From positions 9,000,320 through 9,064,319 of the forward strand of contig NC_057756.1 in the NCBI RefSeq assembly GCF_004010195.1: a DNA stretch of 64,000 nt. The letters are read 5' to 3'. Positions 37,446 through 49,622 of this stretch are shown piece by piece. Position 1 is the first letter of the stretch. Every line of letters begins with the position of its first letter. The position numbers and the translations under genes are program-made. The notes under the pieces were generated by a model, which was not told the DNA's origin, did not search any database, and was given only the letters and a program-made list of their open reading frames with translations. Source of the stretch: Chiloscyllium plagiosum (lineage: Eukaryota).

Positions 37446-39814
37446 AGTTTTTGTTGTCATGGTTATCTGGGTGAAATGCCACCTCCGGCCAGGTTGTGCT
37501 GCAACCTGGTCTGGGCACCTGCCATTCTTCAGTCAGCCACTAGATGGGAGCAGCTCCTGTCATTTTCTTCTCCTTCCCTGTCTGATTCCCATGTGGGTTA
37601 AACTGTTCTCTCCATTACCCACATTTTTCTGTCACCTCATACAGCGCATTGACCTCCACAGAGTGTTACATTATCAAACTTATCATTTACTCCCCATCTC
37701 CTCTGCTGGCATTTTTTTTAAACCACAGATTTGTCAGTGAGAATTTGAAACTCTACTGCCCAATATCATAAATTAAACAAAATCTTGTTCATTCTCCATC
37801 CTCATATTCACTGACTGAAATTGGTTCCTGGTTTGGCAATGCCGCCATTTTGAAATTCTCTACCTCTTTTCAAATCACATCTTCTCCAACCTTTCCATCT
37901 CTGCAACCTCGATAGCCCCGGTATCCCTCAGTACCTCTGTAACAATCTACAGCCGTCAAACCTCCCATTCTCTGTAATGACCTCCAGTCCTGAGAATTAT
38001 CCCTATTTCTGTTATCTCCTACAACCCCTACAAATCTTCCTTCCTCTATAACATCTCTAGCCTCAGAACCCTCCCTTTCTCTATAGCCTTCTGCAACCTC
38101 TACAACTCTCCATATTTTTGTATTCTTCTCCAGGCCCTACAATTCTCCAAGATCTCTGCATTCCAAATCTGGAATCTAGTCTCTCCAACTCTGGCTTCTT
38201 GCATATTCCCTGTTTTCCAACTTTCTACCGTGGGTGGCTATGCTTTAAGCTATCTGAGCTGTTATATGTAAATTACCACAAGCTACTTTAACTTCAGCTA
38301 CTTATTAAGAAATCTCATAGACAATCGAATATTGAAACCTTATTGTGTGTATGAACCAAAATATGACTCCTTAAGTAGACAAGTTAAGTCTTATAGCTCA
38401 CCTGAGCTATTACCTGATCAATGGTGGAATTTAGTTATAATTCCAGTCAACAGCATCTGTCTCTATATAAGTCAGAGTTCGATTCCTGTGCATTGTGGTT
38501 CTCTAGAGATCTGCTACTGAATTTAATACTTATAGGATTTTCTGTCTTGTGAAGTTTCTGATGTGACATTATTGATGATACTTTAGATCTGTTCATCCAT
38601 AAGATTGATTACACTCTGGAATCATTAAGTCTGTAGCTGCCTTCTTATCAGGTGTAGCTTCCCTGTTCCTTGTTACATTCGATGTGAACTGTCTCCTGTC
38701 TCCCAGGAAATATTGCTGAGCCTTTCAATCCCTGAAAGGTTGTTAAAGTTTTGATGCTTACAGTATCACAGAGCCCCAAGTATTAGAAATCCCTAGGCAC
38801 TTGTCTTTATCCCACCTTATGTGACTCACTGTCAGATTGTGGCTGATTAAATGTTGGGAAGATCAAACCATTCTTACCAGAGCGAGATCCAAGTTCCATT
38901 CTCTGGCTGTACTGTCTCCATCCCTCTATTACAATACAACTGCGATGTGAATGTTGTTGTGGCAACATTTCTGTGAAACATGTTGGGGCATTTTATGTTA
39001 CGTGAAGAGCACAGTAAATGAGAGGGATATTGTTGTTGCTAAGATTGCTCCAGGAAATCATGTTCTTGTCCATGTTGTTGTTGCTAATAAACGCCAAATT
39101 GTTGCTGTGGTTCTCTGGGTGAAATGTTACCTACAGTCTGATCCAGATACCTTCCATTCTTCAGTCAGCTTCTAGGGACAGATAGAACAGCTTCTGTGAA
39201 TATTCTGTTCCTCTTCCCTCTCTGATTCCCCTTTGGATCACACTGGCCTCTCCATTACAGGTGGTGCAAATGTACATTATCCTGTTCCCTTACATACAGT
39301 GTCACATTGTCAAACTCAACATTTACCTTCCATTCCTAATGTCTGCATTTGTTTTCACATGATGAATGAATTTGGAATTGAATCTCTACTTCCAAAAACA
39401 TAAATCCAACACACTGATCACCCCTGAATTGAGTTATTGAATTTAGCTCCTGGTATGCCTCCTTTATTAAAGTTTGCATCCTTGTTTTCATAGCACTCCC
39501 TCTTCAGTCTTCCTTATTTCTGTAATCTCACCAGACCTGTAACCCTTCCTATCACTGTAATCTCCTCCTGTATCTAGATCCCTCTCTACTTCTGAACCTC
39601 CTTCAGCCTCGACAATACTTCCTATCTCTGTAACCTCCTCTGGTTCCTACACATCCCCCTGTCTCTGTATCTCCAGCATCTACATACCTCCATGCCTCTG
39701 TAATCTCCTGCAGGCCTGAAGCTCCTCCCTATTTCTGTTATCTCCTCCAGTATGTACAATCCATTATCTCTGTAACTTAATCCTGCTTGAAGTGAAATAT
39801 TACCATGCACAGAT

Positions 39815-40190
39815 GTCATAGAGTCATAGAGATGTACAGCAAGGGAACAGACCCTTCGGGCCAACCTGTCTATGCCAACCAGATATCCTGACCTAATCTA
39901 ATCCCATTTCCCAGTACTTGGCCCATATCCCTCCAAACCCTTCCTATTCATATACCCATCCAGATGCCTTTTAAATGTTGTAATTGTACCATCCTTCACC
40001 ACTTCCTCTGGCAGCTCATTCCATAGATACACCATCCTCTGTGTGAAAAAGTTGCCTCTTAGGTCCCTTTTATATCTTTCCCCTTTCACCCTAAACCTAC
40101 GCCCTCTAGTTCTGCCCCTGCCCCTGGGAAAAGACTTTGTCTGTTTATCCTATCCATGCCCCTTGTAATTTTACAAACCTCTATATGGTC
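39815..40190 (-). mobile_element. CR1 3' end
   Basis: KGERYKRDLRGNFFTQR; tail ctctatgactctatgac. Confidence 0.9.
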
Positions 40191-40249
40191 CTTCTGAATC
40201 TGCTGTGAGTATGAGAACTGGGCCGTAAGGCACATACACTGTAGGCAGA

Positions 40250-40955
40250 TGTTGTGGGGAAAATCACCAGCCTTCGAGTCAGAGTCAGGGTTCAACCACA
40301 GGGTTTATTGTACAAGGAAATACTGGAGCTCCGGGTAGAGAAACACCAACAGCACAGTGGTCAGCTGCGACTCTTCTCTCGGCCTGGAGCACATGTCAAG
40401 ATACTTTTATACATTTTGTGATAAAATAGGTCAGTGATGTGGTTATTGTCTCTGTAACAGTTTGTTTGTTGTAAACATTGCAGAATTGTTGATAGTTTCG
40501 GTGCAGTCATTGTCAGTTCCAACATAGCATTTGTTAATTTAAGCGCGGTCGTTGGCAATTTCAGTGTCGACATTGTCAGTTTCACTGTCTGCGCAGGAGT
40601 CTATTGCTGTTCCTGATTACTGCAGCCTTGGCTATTATCATCCTGTATTGAGTCCGTGACAGACTGTTAGCATTTCTATCAAAGGTGTTGGCTGGACCCA
40701 GACACTTTGGTGGGCAGTATACACTACTCATGTGAATTCTCTCCTCCACCCACCTTAAACTAATCAACTGCGTTGTGAGTGCATTGTGTTGGCATTCTGG
40801 TGGCCCTAGGTAGTGTCTGTGTTTGCTCTGCTGTCTCTCTCCATATTGTTGTCCGGCGGCCATCTTGTGTGTCAACTGGTCAACTTATGGCTCAGCGGCC
40901 ATCTTGTGTGTCCATATGCCTAGTGTCACCCTGCCCCCTGCCATCTCCTACTTCA
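40250..40955 (-). mobile_element. Probable solo LTR (706 bp)
   Basis: Minus strand TGAAG...CAACA termini; TATAAAA at about 40405; AATAAA at about 40304; flanks CAGA / CGGA (4-bp TSD with one CpG-type change). Confidence 0.7.
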
Positions 40956-41149
40956 CGGACATCGTTGACACTTTCATGTTGTACACAGAAAACGTAGTGT
41001 CAGAAATGAAGCTACGGTGAATGTTGCAGAGCTATGAGAAAGATCAACTCCTGACAGAAAGCCATAGGTATATTTGGAGCCATGAGCTGCCATTAAATAC
41101 AAGAACAAAGAAGCAAGCAACAATTAAAATGCCAGTTAAAAGAAAATTA

Positions 41150-42870
41150 CTGCAGCTTTTCCTCTCCATGCTGCTCTTTAAATGAACGCGAATGTGGAGA
41201 AAAACTGCATTTGTTTCCCTATACAATGGCAGGGTTATGAAATAGCTACAGATTTGTGAAGCCAGCCAGAGGAACCATGAGTTGAGAAGGAACTGTCTCA
41301 AAATGTATCCCACTCACAGAAAAGTTGAGAAAAAAAATTTGGCAGAAATTTTAAAAACTTTGAACCACTGGCATATTTTATTAATGAATGGTACATATTC
41401 ATTGTCAGGGGATCAAACTGAAAAAAAAAATCTACTGATCGTTTCTGAATGTCATTAAGTCAGCTCACAGAATCCTGTGAATTCACATAATTTATAGACA
41501 ATTTAATTAAAGATAGGATTGTGTGAGGTATAAGAGATGCTGCAGTCAGAGCACGTCTACTGAACAAGGAAAGAATTACAGCAGTTGACAAGTGCAGAAG
41601 TGTTGAGGTTGTGAACAGGCAGCTGGAGTACCTTCAAGGCAGGACAGGCCATGTGTTTCCACTTAATCATAGACACCACAGACAAAAAAAGCCCAGAACA
41701 ATCAGAGGTAAAGGGCAGGGCACAAATACTACTGAGGACATCATGAAAAGGAGAAGAAGGCATGTCGGACTTGGGGAAAGTAGCCTCCCCATTGTAAGAA
41801 GCTGAATTAATTTGTGCACTTGTATCTAACAAAAGGCAGCCCGATAAGTAGGCACAAATAGCCATTGAACAGACATTGACTGAAGATTCTGATGAAATTC
41901 CACTTTACCATAGAGCAAGTTGTTTCAGAGTGGATGAAGTGTGGAGCTGGAAAAAGCACAGCAGATCAAGCAGCATCAGAGGAGAAGGCGAGTTGATGTT
42001 TCAGGTCAGAACCCTACAAGTTGACTCCCCTTCTCTGTGGAGAGGCTGAACAGGCTGGGGCTGTTTTCCCTGGAGTGTCGGAGGCTGAGGGGTGACCTTA
42101 TAGAGGTTTATAAAATTATGAGGGGCATGGATAGGATAAATAGACAATGTCTTTTCCCTGGGGTCGGGGAGTCCAGAGCTAGAGGGCATAAGTTTAGGGT
42201 GAGAGGGGAAAGATATAAAAGAGTCCTAAGGGGCAACTTTTTCACACAGAGGGTGGTACGTATATGGAATGAGCTGCCAGAGGATGTGATGGAGGCTGGT
42301 ACAATTACAACATTTAAGAAGCATTTGGATGGGTATATGAATAGGAAGGGTTTGGAGGGATATGGGCCGGGTGCTGGCAGGTGGGACTAGATTGGGTTGG
42401 GATATCTGATCAGCATGGACGGATTGGACTGAAGGGTCTGTTTCCATGCTGTACATCTCTATGACTCTATGACTTGCTGTGCTTTGTCCAGCTCCACACT
42501 GACTATCCAGTGCCTGCAGTTCTCACTTTCTCCAACAAGTTGTTTCAGTCAAGTTGATAGATGCAACATGATTTGTGATTGTTTGAATGGGGATTGCAGA
42601 AGAAGAACATAAGTCAGCATGAAGTGTCAGACACTGATGTGCTCTGTAACTTAATGTACTTCACAGACCAGCCTGAAGTGATGCAACATGGTGACCCAAA
42701 GACATAGCCCTTGAAAGTGATATTGATGGCACCATGCTTATGCCAGGAGGACACATTACTCTACAAGCCCATTGTGACAATATTAACAAAGGTCTGGAGT
42801 TCCAGATTGTAGAGAGCAAGCCATTGCCACTGTTTCAATTGCAGCAAGACTGTAGATTGGAGTACAAAAC
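41150..42870 (+). mobile_element. Highly degenerate Gypsy-like gag/protease relic interrupted by younger elements
   Basis: ESCEF...LIKDRIV*GIRDAAVRARLL at about 41470-41565; zinc-knuckle-like remnant at about 41760-41825. Confidence 0.55.
41930..42535 (+). mobile_element. Family A fold-back element with a CR1 3' end (42040-42475) inside
   Basis: Arms gtggagctggaaaaagcacagca / tgctgtgctttgtccagctccac; TSD CAAGTTGTTTCAG on both sides. Confidence 0.8.
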
Positions 42871-43258
42871 CTTCCTCCACCACAACAAGGGTAGAGTCCC
42901 TAGTCCTCACATTCCACCCCACTAACCTCCAATCCAACAGATCAACATGCACCACTTCCGCCACCTGCAGTCTGACCCCACAACCAAAATGATATTTCTC
43001 TCCCCATCCCCATCCACATTTTGCAGGGACCATTCCCTCCACAGCTCCCTCGATGTGTCCACACTCCCCACCAATCCCTCCTCCACACCCAAAACCTTCC
43101 CCTGTGGCCACAGGAGGTGCAATTCCTGCCCCCACACCTCCCCTCTCACTTCCACCCAAAGCCTCAAAGAATCATTCCAGGTCCAGCAGAGATTCGCGTG
43201 CGTTTCCTCTAACCTGATTTATTGCATTCATTGCTCCCAGTGTGGTCTCCTCTACATA
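42870..43258 (+). mobile_element. Penelope-like element ORF fragment (linker and start of GIY-YIG endonuclease)
   Basis: RVP..HP...HFRHLQSDPTT...FPC..RRCNSCPH...FQVQQRFACVSSNLIYCIHCSQCGLLYI. Confidence 0.85.
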
Positions 43259-43657
43259 GAGGGCCAAAGGGCCTGTTCTGCGCTGTATTGTTCTATGTTC
43301 TATGGTGCTAATTTATCTGAACTCAATGTCCTCAGAAAGTAATACTGTCTCATATACCTCAATGAGCTTCACTTATTTTTCCAAGTTGCAAACACACTCT
43401 TGCACTTTGCTTTCCCTTGTTAAAGCCAATGTCCATTTTCCTCCATTCACAGTCTAAAAATGGAAAGATGTGATATTTATGATTCAAATCTTTGACTCAG
43501 ATTTTCAATAGCACTGAACCTTGATGTATCCCACAATTTACAGCTTGACAACCCATTTATTTTGACTCCCCATTGTGTTTGTTAATCAGTTCTCAATCCA
43601 TGTCAGTACATTACCCCAATCACATGTGCTCTACTATTATTTAATAAGCTTATTTAG

Positions 43658-44140
43658 ACTCATAGAGTCATAGAGATGTACAGCGCCAAAACAGACCCTT
43701 TGGTCCAACTCGTCCATGCCAACCAGATATCCCAACCCAATCTAGTGCTGCCTGCCAGCACCTGGCCCATTTCCCTCCAAACCCTTCCTATTCATATACC
43801 CATCCAGATCCTTTTAAATGTTGCAATTGTACCAGCCTCCACCACATCCTCTGGGCATACACGTACCACCCTCTGCGTGAAAAAGTTGCCCCTTAGGTCT
43901 CTTTTATGTCTTTCCCCTCTCACCCTAAACCTATGCCCTCTAGCTATGGACTCCCCCACCTCAGGGAAAAGACCTTGTCTATTTATCCTATCCATGCCCC
44001 TCATAATTTTATTCAGCCTCTCCCTATAGCTCCAATCCTCCAACCCTGGCAACATCCTTGTAAATCTTTTCTGAACATCTTTTCTGAACCCTTTCAAGTT
44101 TCACAACATCCTTCCGATAGGAAGGAGACCAGAACTACAT
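43658..44140 (-). mobile_element. CR1 3' end nested in an older CR1
   Basis: VQKRFTRMLPGLED...RGNFFTQRVVR. Confidence 0.88.
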
Positions 44141-44615
44141 GAGATATTTCATGCACCTTTACAAATCTTTCTTAAATTCCTTATGTACTACATCTATTGT
44201 CTCCCCTTATATATTCTACTAGCTGTATCCTCAAAAATCTTCAAAAGGTTAGGCAAATATGATTTTCCTTTCAAAATTCATTTTGACTCTGCCAATCCAA
44301 GCATCCTAACTATCCTGTTGTGTCATTCTTTACTGTAGATCTTAGAATTACCAGATGACAGATGTTAGGCTAACAAGTCTGTATTTCCCATTTTCCTTCC
44401 CACTCCTTTCATTAATAGTGGGGTTGAAACAAGGTGAGATTGAAACATGAATGTAAAATAATGAAGAGTAGATAATCAGAAAGTAAAAACTTCTATCGGC
44501 ATGTAAAAGGAAAACATTAGCAAAAGCAAATGTGGGTTAATTGTGGGAGAGTTTATAATAAGTATTACTTTGTCTCTGTCCTCTCAAAGAAAGGCATAGA
44601 TCTTCCTAAGATAAT

Positions 44616-45437
44616 TGTGATCCAAATCTTAGCCAAAAGGATTCCTCAAACCTTTTGCCCAGGTATTCTTCCCTTGAGTGACAGACAAAAAAACCAGGAG
44701 TCGACTCAGACTTTAATTAAACAAACTCTTCTTTATTGAATTCTTTAGGTATCAATGCTCAATATAAAACATACATTCATTGCAACATTTATTTCATAGC
44801 GCTTAAATTCAACTTGAATTCACTTCATTTAACTTCACTTTACCTTACATTAACTTAACTCACATTTAATTCTACCTGTAGCTTTAGTTGTATAAGTTTG
44901 GCTTGAAACAAATGCTACACCAAATTGAGTAAAGTGGCCAACTTTGCTCATGGTGTAGATCTTGCCTCATGTTTCTTTGTCTTCTCTGAAGATTTGCCTT
45001 CCTCGAAGACTTCAGGGCATGTGCTTCTCAAATGTTGGTCTTGAATGGGCACTCCTGCAAAATCCTTTGTGCTGTTAACTTTTATCCCAGAGTGTATTCA
45101 TTTTCCAGAAACTTCTCTGGAACTCATCCAATGAGCTGACCAAACCTGAACACAACATTTGATCCCAGCCAATGGAGTTTGCTGGTAAACAACTCACAAA
45201 TGTTGACACCAAGTTGTAAGCAGTCATGTCCCATGGTCATTATAAGGCAATACAGTGCCAGTATCTGGCAGACCATTATAAAACCTCCCTTATTTTGTCA
45301 AGGGACACAGGAGGTCACAACTTATAGGTTCCAACATGTCCTTGCTGCAGTTTTCACCTAGGTCAGAGTTTAAACTAGTTTGACTAAAGTCCCCAGCATA
45401 CTTGGCTGTAGTGCTTAACCAGTCTTGTGGCCCCACA
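44616..45437 (-). mobile_element. Possible solo LTR inserted in an old CR1
   Basis: Interrupts a plus-strand CR1 relic; minus strand starts TGTGGGG, has two CCAAT boxes (about 45128, 45169), GATAAAAG at about 45080 and AATAAA at about 44733; no clean TSD. Confidence 0.45.
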
Positions 45438-47654
45438 AGGATCCAGTGAGAACGGGAACAGGTAGACATTTATGTTAATGAAAAGTAGTATTGAAGAAAT
45501 CAATGGGATTAAAAGTTGACTAAACCCTAGGATCTAATAACCGTCACCCTAGAATGTTGAAAGAGATGATTACAGATATAGTGGAACCATTGGTAACCAC
45601 CTTGCATAATTCTATTAATTCTTCAATGGTGCCCACAGATTGGAAAACTCCAAATGTAATCCCAGCTCCATGTTATTTTACATTCATATTTCATTCTCAC
45701 CTTGTTTAAACCCTAATATTAATGAAAGGAGAGAGAAAACAGGGAACTACAGACCTGTTAGCCTGTCATCAGTTATAGGTAGAATACTAGAATTTATTAG
45801 AAACAATGTGATTACTAGGTGTTTAAAAATTAACTGTCTGATTGGGCAGAGTGAATCCTTCTTCTATAAAGGGGAAACCACGTTTGATAAACGTGATTGA
45901 GTTTTTTTGAGGATGTTTGTAGCAGCGTGAATAAGATGGACAGTGGACCTGATGTATTTTAATTTTCAGAAGTCTTTTGTTAAAGTGCCACACAGGAGGT
46001 TGGTGAACAACATTAAAACGGATGCCGCTGGAGATTCAAGATGGCGGCAGTCTGAAAAGTCTGCTGTGTTGGGTTGTGTGCCATACCCCGGGCAGGGTGG
46101 GCTCCTACCTCAACCCCCCACCCCCACATTAGCCACCCCTGAGGAAGATTTTTAGTATAAAGCAGGTACAGCACCTAAATTAGGATTTGGAGGCTCTGGA
46201 TATGAAACGAAGACGTCCAAAGGAAGGAGAGCTAGGGGAGTGCAGCAGGCAGAGCACTCCCCTGCTGTGTTGGGTGCACCCGCAGCTGCTGCCTCAACTC
46301 CCATGGCAGCGCCTTTAAGTTCAGTGGAGCAGCAGCATCTACTCGGGGAGTTCGCAAAACTCCATGAAAAAATCAAAAAAGCACTGGAGCCGATTACTGC
46401 CACACTGACAAAGGATAAGCAAGAGATCCGGGCGTTGGATCGGCACGTGGAAGCAGTCAAGCAAAGGACTGCGGCCTCGGAGACCCCGATGGTGAGCTCT
46501 GAGGGGCGGCTCCGAACCTTGGAAGGCCAGGTTCGGGCCTTGCTGGAACAAGTAGACGACCTCGAAAATTGAGGTCGGAGAAAAAATTTACAGGTCGCAG
46601 TTCTTCCGGAGAGTGAGGAGGGTGAGAATCTGGCTGAATTTCTTGAGAGGTGGCTCCTGGATTTGCTGGGGCTGGAGATTGTGTTGGGCTGGTTGAGTGT
46701 GGAGTGGGCCCAACGGATCGCGATACACAGGTCCGGGTCAGATTTGCACCCCACCCCGCCCAGTCCTAGTGCGACTCCAGCACTATAAAGAAAAGCAGTT
46801 AATAATAGAAACGTCCAGAAGACTGGGAAGAGATCCAAAGGGCTTTGGTATATAAAGGTTCAAGGATAATGATTTTGCAAGACTTTTCTTGGGCCATAAT
46901 TAAGAAAAGGAAGACTTTTGATGATGTAAAGAAAAAAATTAAGAGACTTGAATATTCAGTATTCTCTGAGGTACCTGACAATGCTACAGTTTAATTATGG
47001 GGGGGGGGGGTCTGTCTACAACTTTGACTTGGCAGATAAAGCAAAGAATTTTTTAACTCTCTGAAATAATAGATTTGACCGAGGGGGAAAGAGAAAAAGA
47101 TGTGTGCGGACAATGGCATAATCTTTTTTTTTATCTTCTCTTTCTTCGTTCTTTTCCCTTTTGTGGTCTCTTGCCTTATAGATGTGGTAGTGCTTTGGTG
47201 TAAAATCTGGTTTGTTTCATATTATATCTGTTTGGTAGTCATCTGTTGTTTTACTGTTCTGTTTTTCTGGGCGAAGGGTGGTTACTTCTTTGACGTAAAG
47301 ACATGTGAGGTTGTGATATGGAGGGGGAGGGGAGGGCGTCCATTGTTAACTTGCAGGAGCATAAATAACATGTCTTTTTCATTGGCTGTGTTTGGGGGTG
47401 TGGCCTTAACTGGAAGGTGCCAGGGTGGCTGTAAGGTTGGGAGTGAATGCCCCCTATGGGTGAGAGGGGAGATCGCAGGCTATAGTAGGCAGTCATGGCT
47501 AGTGATCTGTTCAGATGGTGCACCTGGAAAATAAAGGGGAGCCACTCCCCCATTAATAGGAGAAAGGTGCTTTCAAACATAGGAAAGAAAGCGTTGACAT
47601 TGCGCTGTTGCAAGAGACACATTTCACCAATAAGGAACATCTGAAGTTACAGCA

Positions 47655-48007
47655 TAGAGTCATAGAGATGTACAGCATAGAAACAGATCCCTCGGTCCAA
47701 CCCGTCCATGCCAACCAGATATCCCAACCCAATCTAGGCCCATTTGCCAGCACCTGGCCCATATGCAAGAAAACCCTTCCTATTCATATACCCATCCAGG
47801 TGCCTTTTAACTGTTTCAATTGTACCAGCCTCCAATACTTCCTCTGGCAGCTCATTACATACACGTACCACCCTCTGCATGAAATGTTTGCCCCTTAGGT
47901 CCCTTTTATATCTTTCCCCTCTCACCCTGAGCCTATGCCCTCTAGTTATGGACTCCCCCACCCCAAGGAAAAGACTTTGTCTATTTATCCTATCTGTGCC
48001 CCTCATG
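47655..48007 (-). mobile_element. CR1 3' end replacing much of the L1 endonuclease-linker region
   Basis: L1 reads QETH..HLKLQ before it and DQTGFIK directly after it. Confidence 0.85.
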
Positions 48008-48712
48008 ACCAGACAGGTTTCATCAAGAGCTGCAGCTCCTCCAACAACATCAGATGGTGTTGAATATAGTGCAGATATGTCAGCAGAGATTGATTCTGGG
48101 CTGGGTGCTCTCCCTGGATGCAGAAACGGCTTTTGTTCAGGTGGAATGGTCGTATCTCTTTGCTGTTCGAGATTGTTTTGGTCTGAGAGGGGCCTTTGCC
48201 AGATGGGTGGCAGTGTTACGTAGTGATCCCAAGGTGGCAGTTATCATGAATGGGGTCAAATCGAGCAACTTTAGTGTGGGGAGGGGCAGCCGACAGGGGT
48301 GTCCCCTGTCACCGCTGCTGTTTACTTTGGTCACTGAACTGTTGGCCAAGGCCATCCGAAAGGACCCTGAAATAGGTGGGAATTGGGGAACACAAAATTA
48401 CTCTTTATGCGGATATGTCCTTCTGTTTTTGGCTAATCCGGCAAAGTCTATACCTAGCTAAAACAAAAAGTTAACTTCATACATGCACAGAAATTAATGC
48501 TTCTGTGTAGCACAATTAAAAAGGATCAGTAAAGTATGTGATAAAATCCCTTTTGGTATATTTCTGAACATTTGGTAGTATGCGATGAGGTGCTGTGGAG
48601 CTATTTAATATTGATAGGTTACTAATGGGACTAGATTGGGTTGGGATATCCGGTCGGCATGGACGGGTTGGACCGAAGGGTCTGTTTCCATGCTGTACAT
48701 CTCTGTGACTCT

Positions 48713-48992
48713 ATCAAGCCATACTGACCTTGAGTCCTTACGCACCCATTCACCCATACATGACAGCAGTATGCCTGTTTGGTATCTCTTCAGATCTGGG
48801 AGTTCCACCCCTTCATATCCTGCGGAAGTTGCACCTTGGTAAATTTAATTAGGGGGCACCTCCTGCACCAAATAAATGATCCAAGCCCACTGACAAATCT
48901 CCACAGCACCTGTTTGGGTAATGACAACAGGAGCATCCTCATGGGATATAATAACCAAGGAAGAACATCCATTTTAATCAAGGTTATATGGC
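48713..48992 (-). mobile_element. Inverted L1 ORF2 segment
   Basis: Minus strand GHITLIKMDVLPWLLYPM...SFIW...LPQ...PDLKRYQ...WLD; its continuation ASQVRCPLINLL is on the plus strand at 49622. Confidence 0.85.
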
Positions 48993-49622
48993 CTAGCGTG
49001 ATATGAGTTCAGCTAGCTGGACGGCAGGTGTTGAAGACAACAAACACGCTGGTCTCCTGAACTTTTCCAATCGTAACTTCATATCGTCTCCAGCCAGAAC
49101 ATAAGCAAGTGGGTTAATGATGCTGTTCAAACTGGCCATGACCCTGGCCACTTGGTAACCCAGATAAATATTTTTGAATGCACTGGCCCTGGAGTTGGAA
49201 ATACCTCGAGATCAGGTTGGCGTTTCTCAGGACATGGTAAGGAGCGAAGCAAAGGGATAACAAGAAAGTGACAATCAGCATGAGCTGAAGGCAGCTATCT
49301 GGCAAGCCTTGCTCCACGTTCTTACTGTGGATCAGAACATCACAACGGGGCTGTAACAGCCAACAATGATGGGGAAAGGGAGGAAGAAAGTGATCACAGC
49401 CATGTACTCCCGCGTCTCCCTTATCGTAACACCGTCGTAGCGTTCAGTGCCATTGAGATCGGCCTTGGTTAAATTTGGATCGGCCAAGGTTTGGGCTAGA
49501 ACCAGCCCTCGGACCAGAACGCTGATGAGCAGTGAGTGGTGGCGATTCCAGCTGCCCAGCACCTTCATGGGGTGTACTGTGCCCAGGTACCGTTGCACAC
49601 TGATACAAGTGAGGAATCCAAG
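48993..49622 (-). pseudogene. P2Y purinoceptor-like (P2RY1-related) class A GPCR fragment, TM3 to C-terminus, two frameshifts
   Basis: LGFLTCISVQRYLGTVHP (TM3/DRY-like), FFLPFPIIVGCY (TM5), LCFAPYHVLRNANL (TM6 HxxR), YQVARVMASLNSIINPLAYVLAGD (TM7 NPxxY). Confidence 0.9.

Larger units (their letters stand above)
33432..39980 (+). repeat. Tandem segmental duplication: copy 1 about 33432-37038, copy 2 about 37039-39980
   Basis: Near-identical blocks 33437-33657 / 37044-37556, 33757-34860 / 38710-39768 and 36837-37038 / 39764-39980. Confidence 0.9.

Noticed and set aside
46152..46838. 228-aa minus-strand ORF with hydrophobic N-terminus
   Set aside because: Antisense shadow of L1 ORF1.
48993..49622. 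Functional P2Y receptor gene
   Set aside because: Lacks TM1-2 and has two frameshifts; called a pseudogene fragment with no gene symbol.
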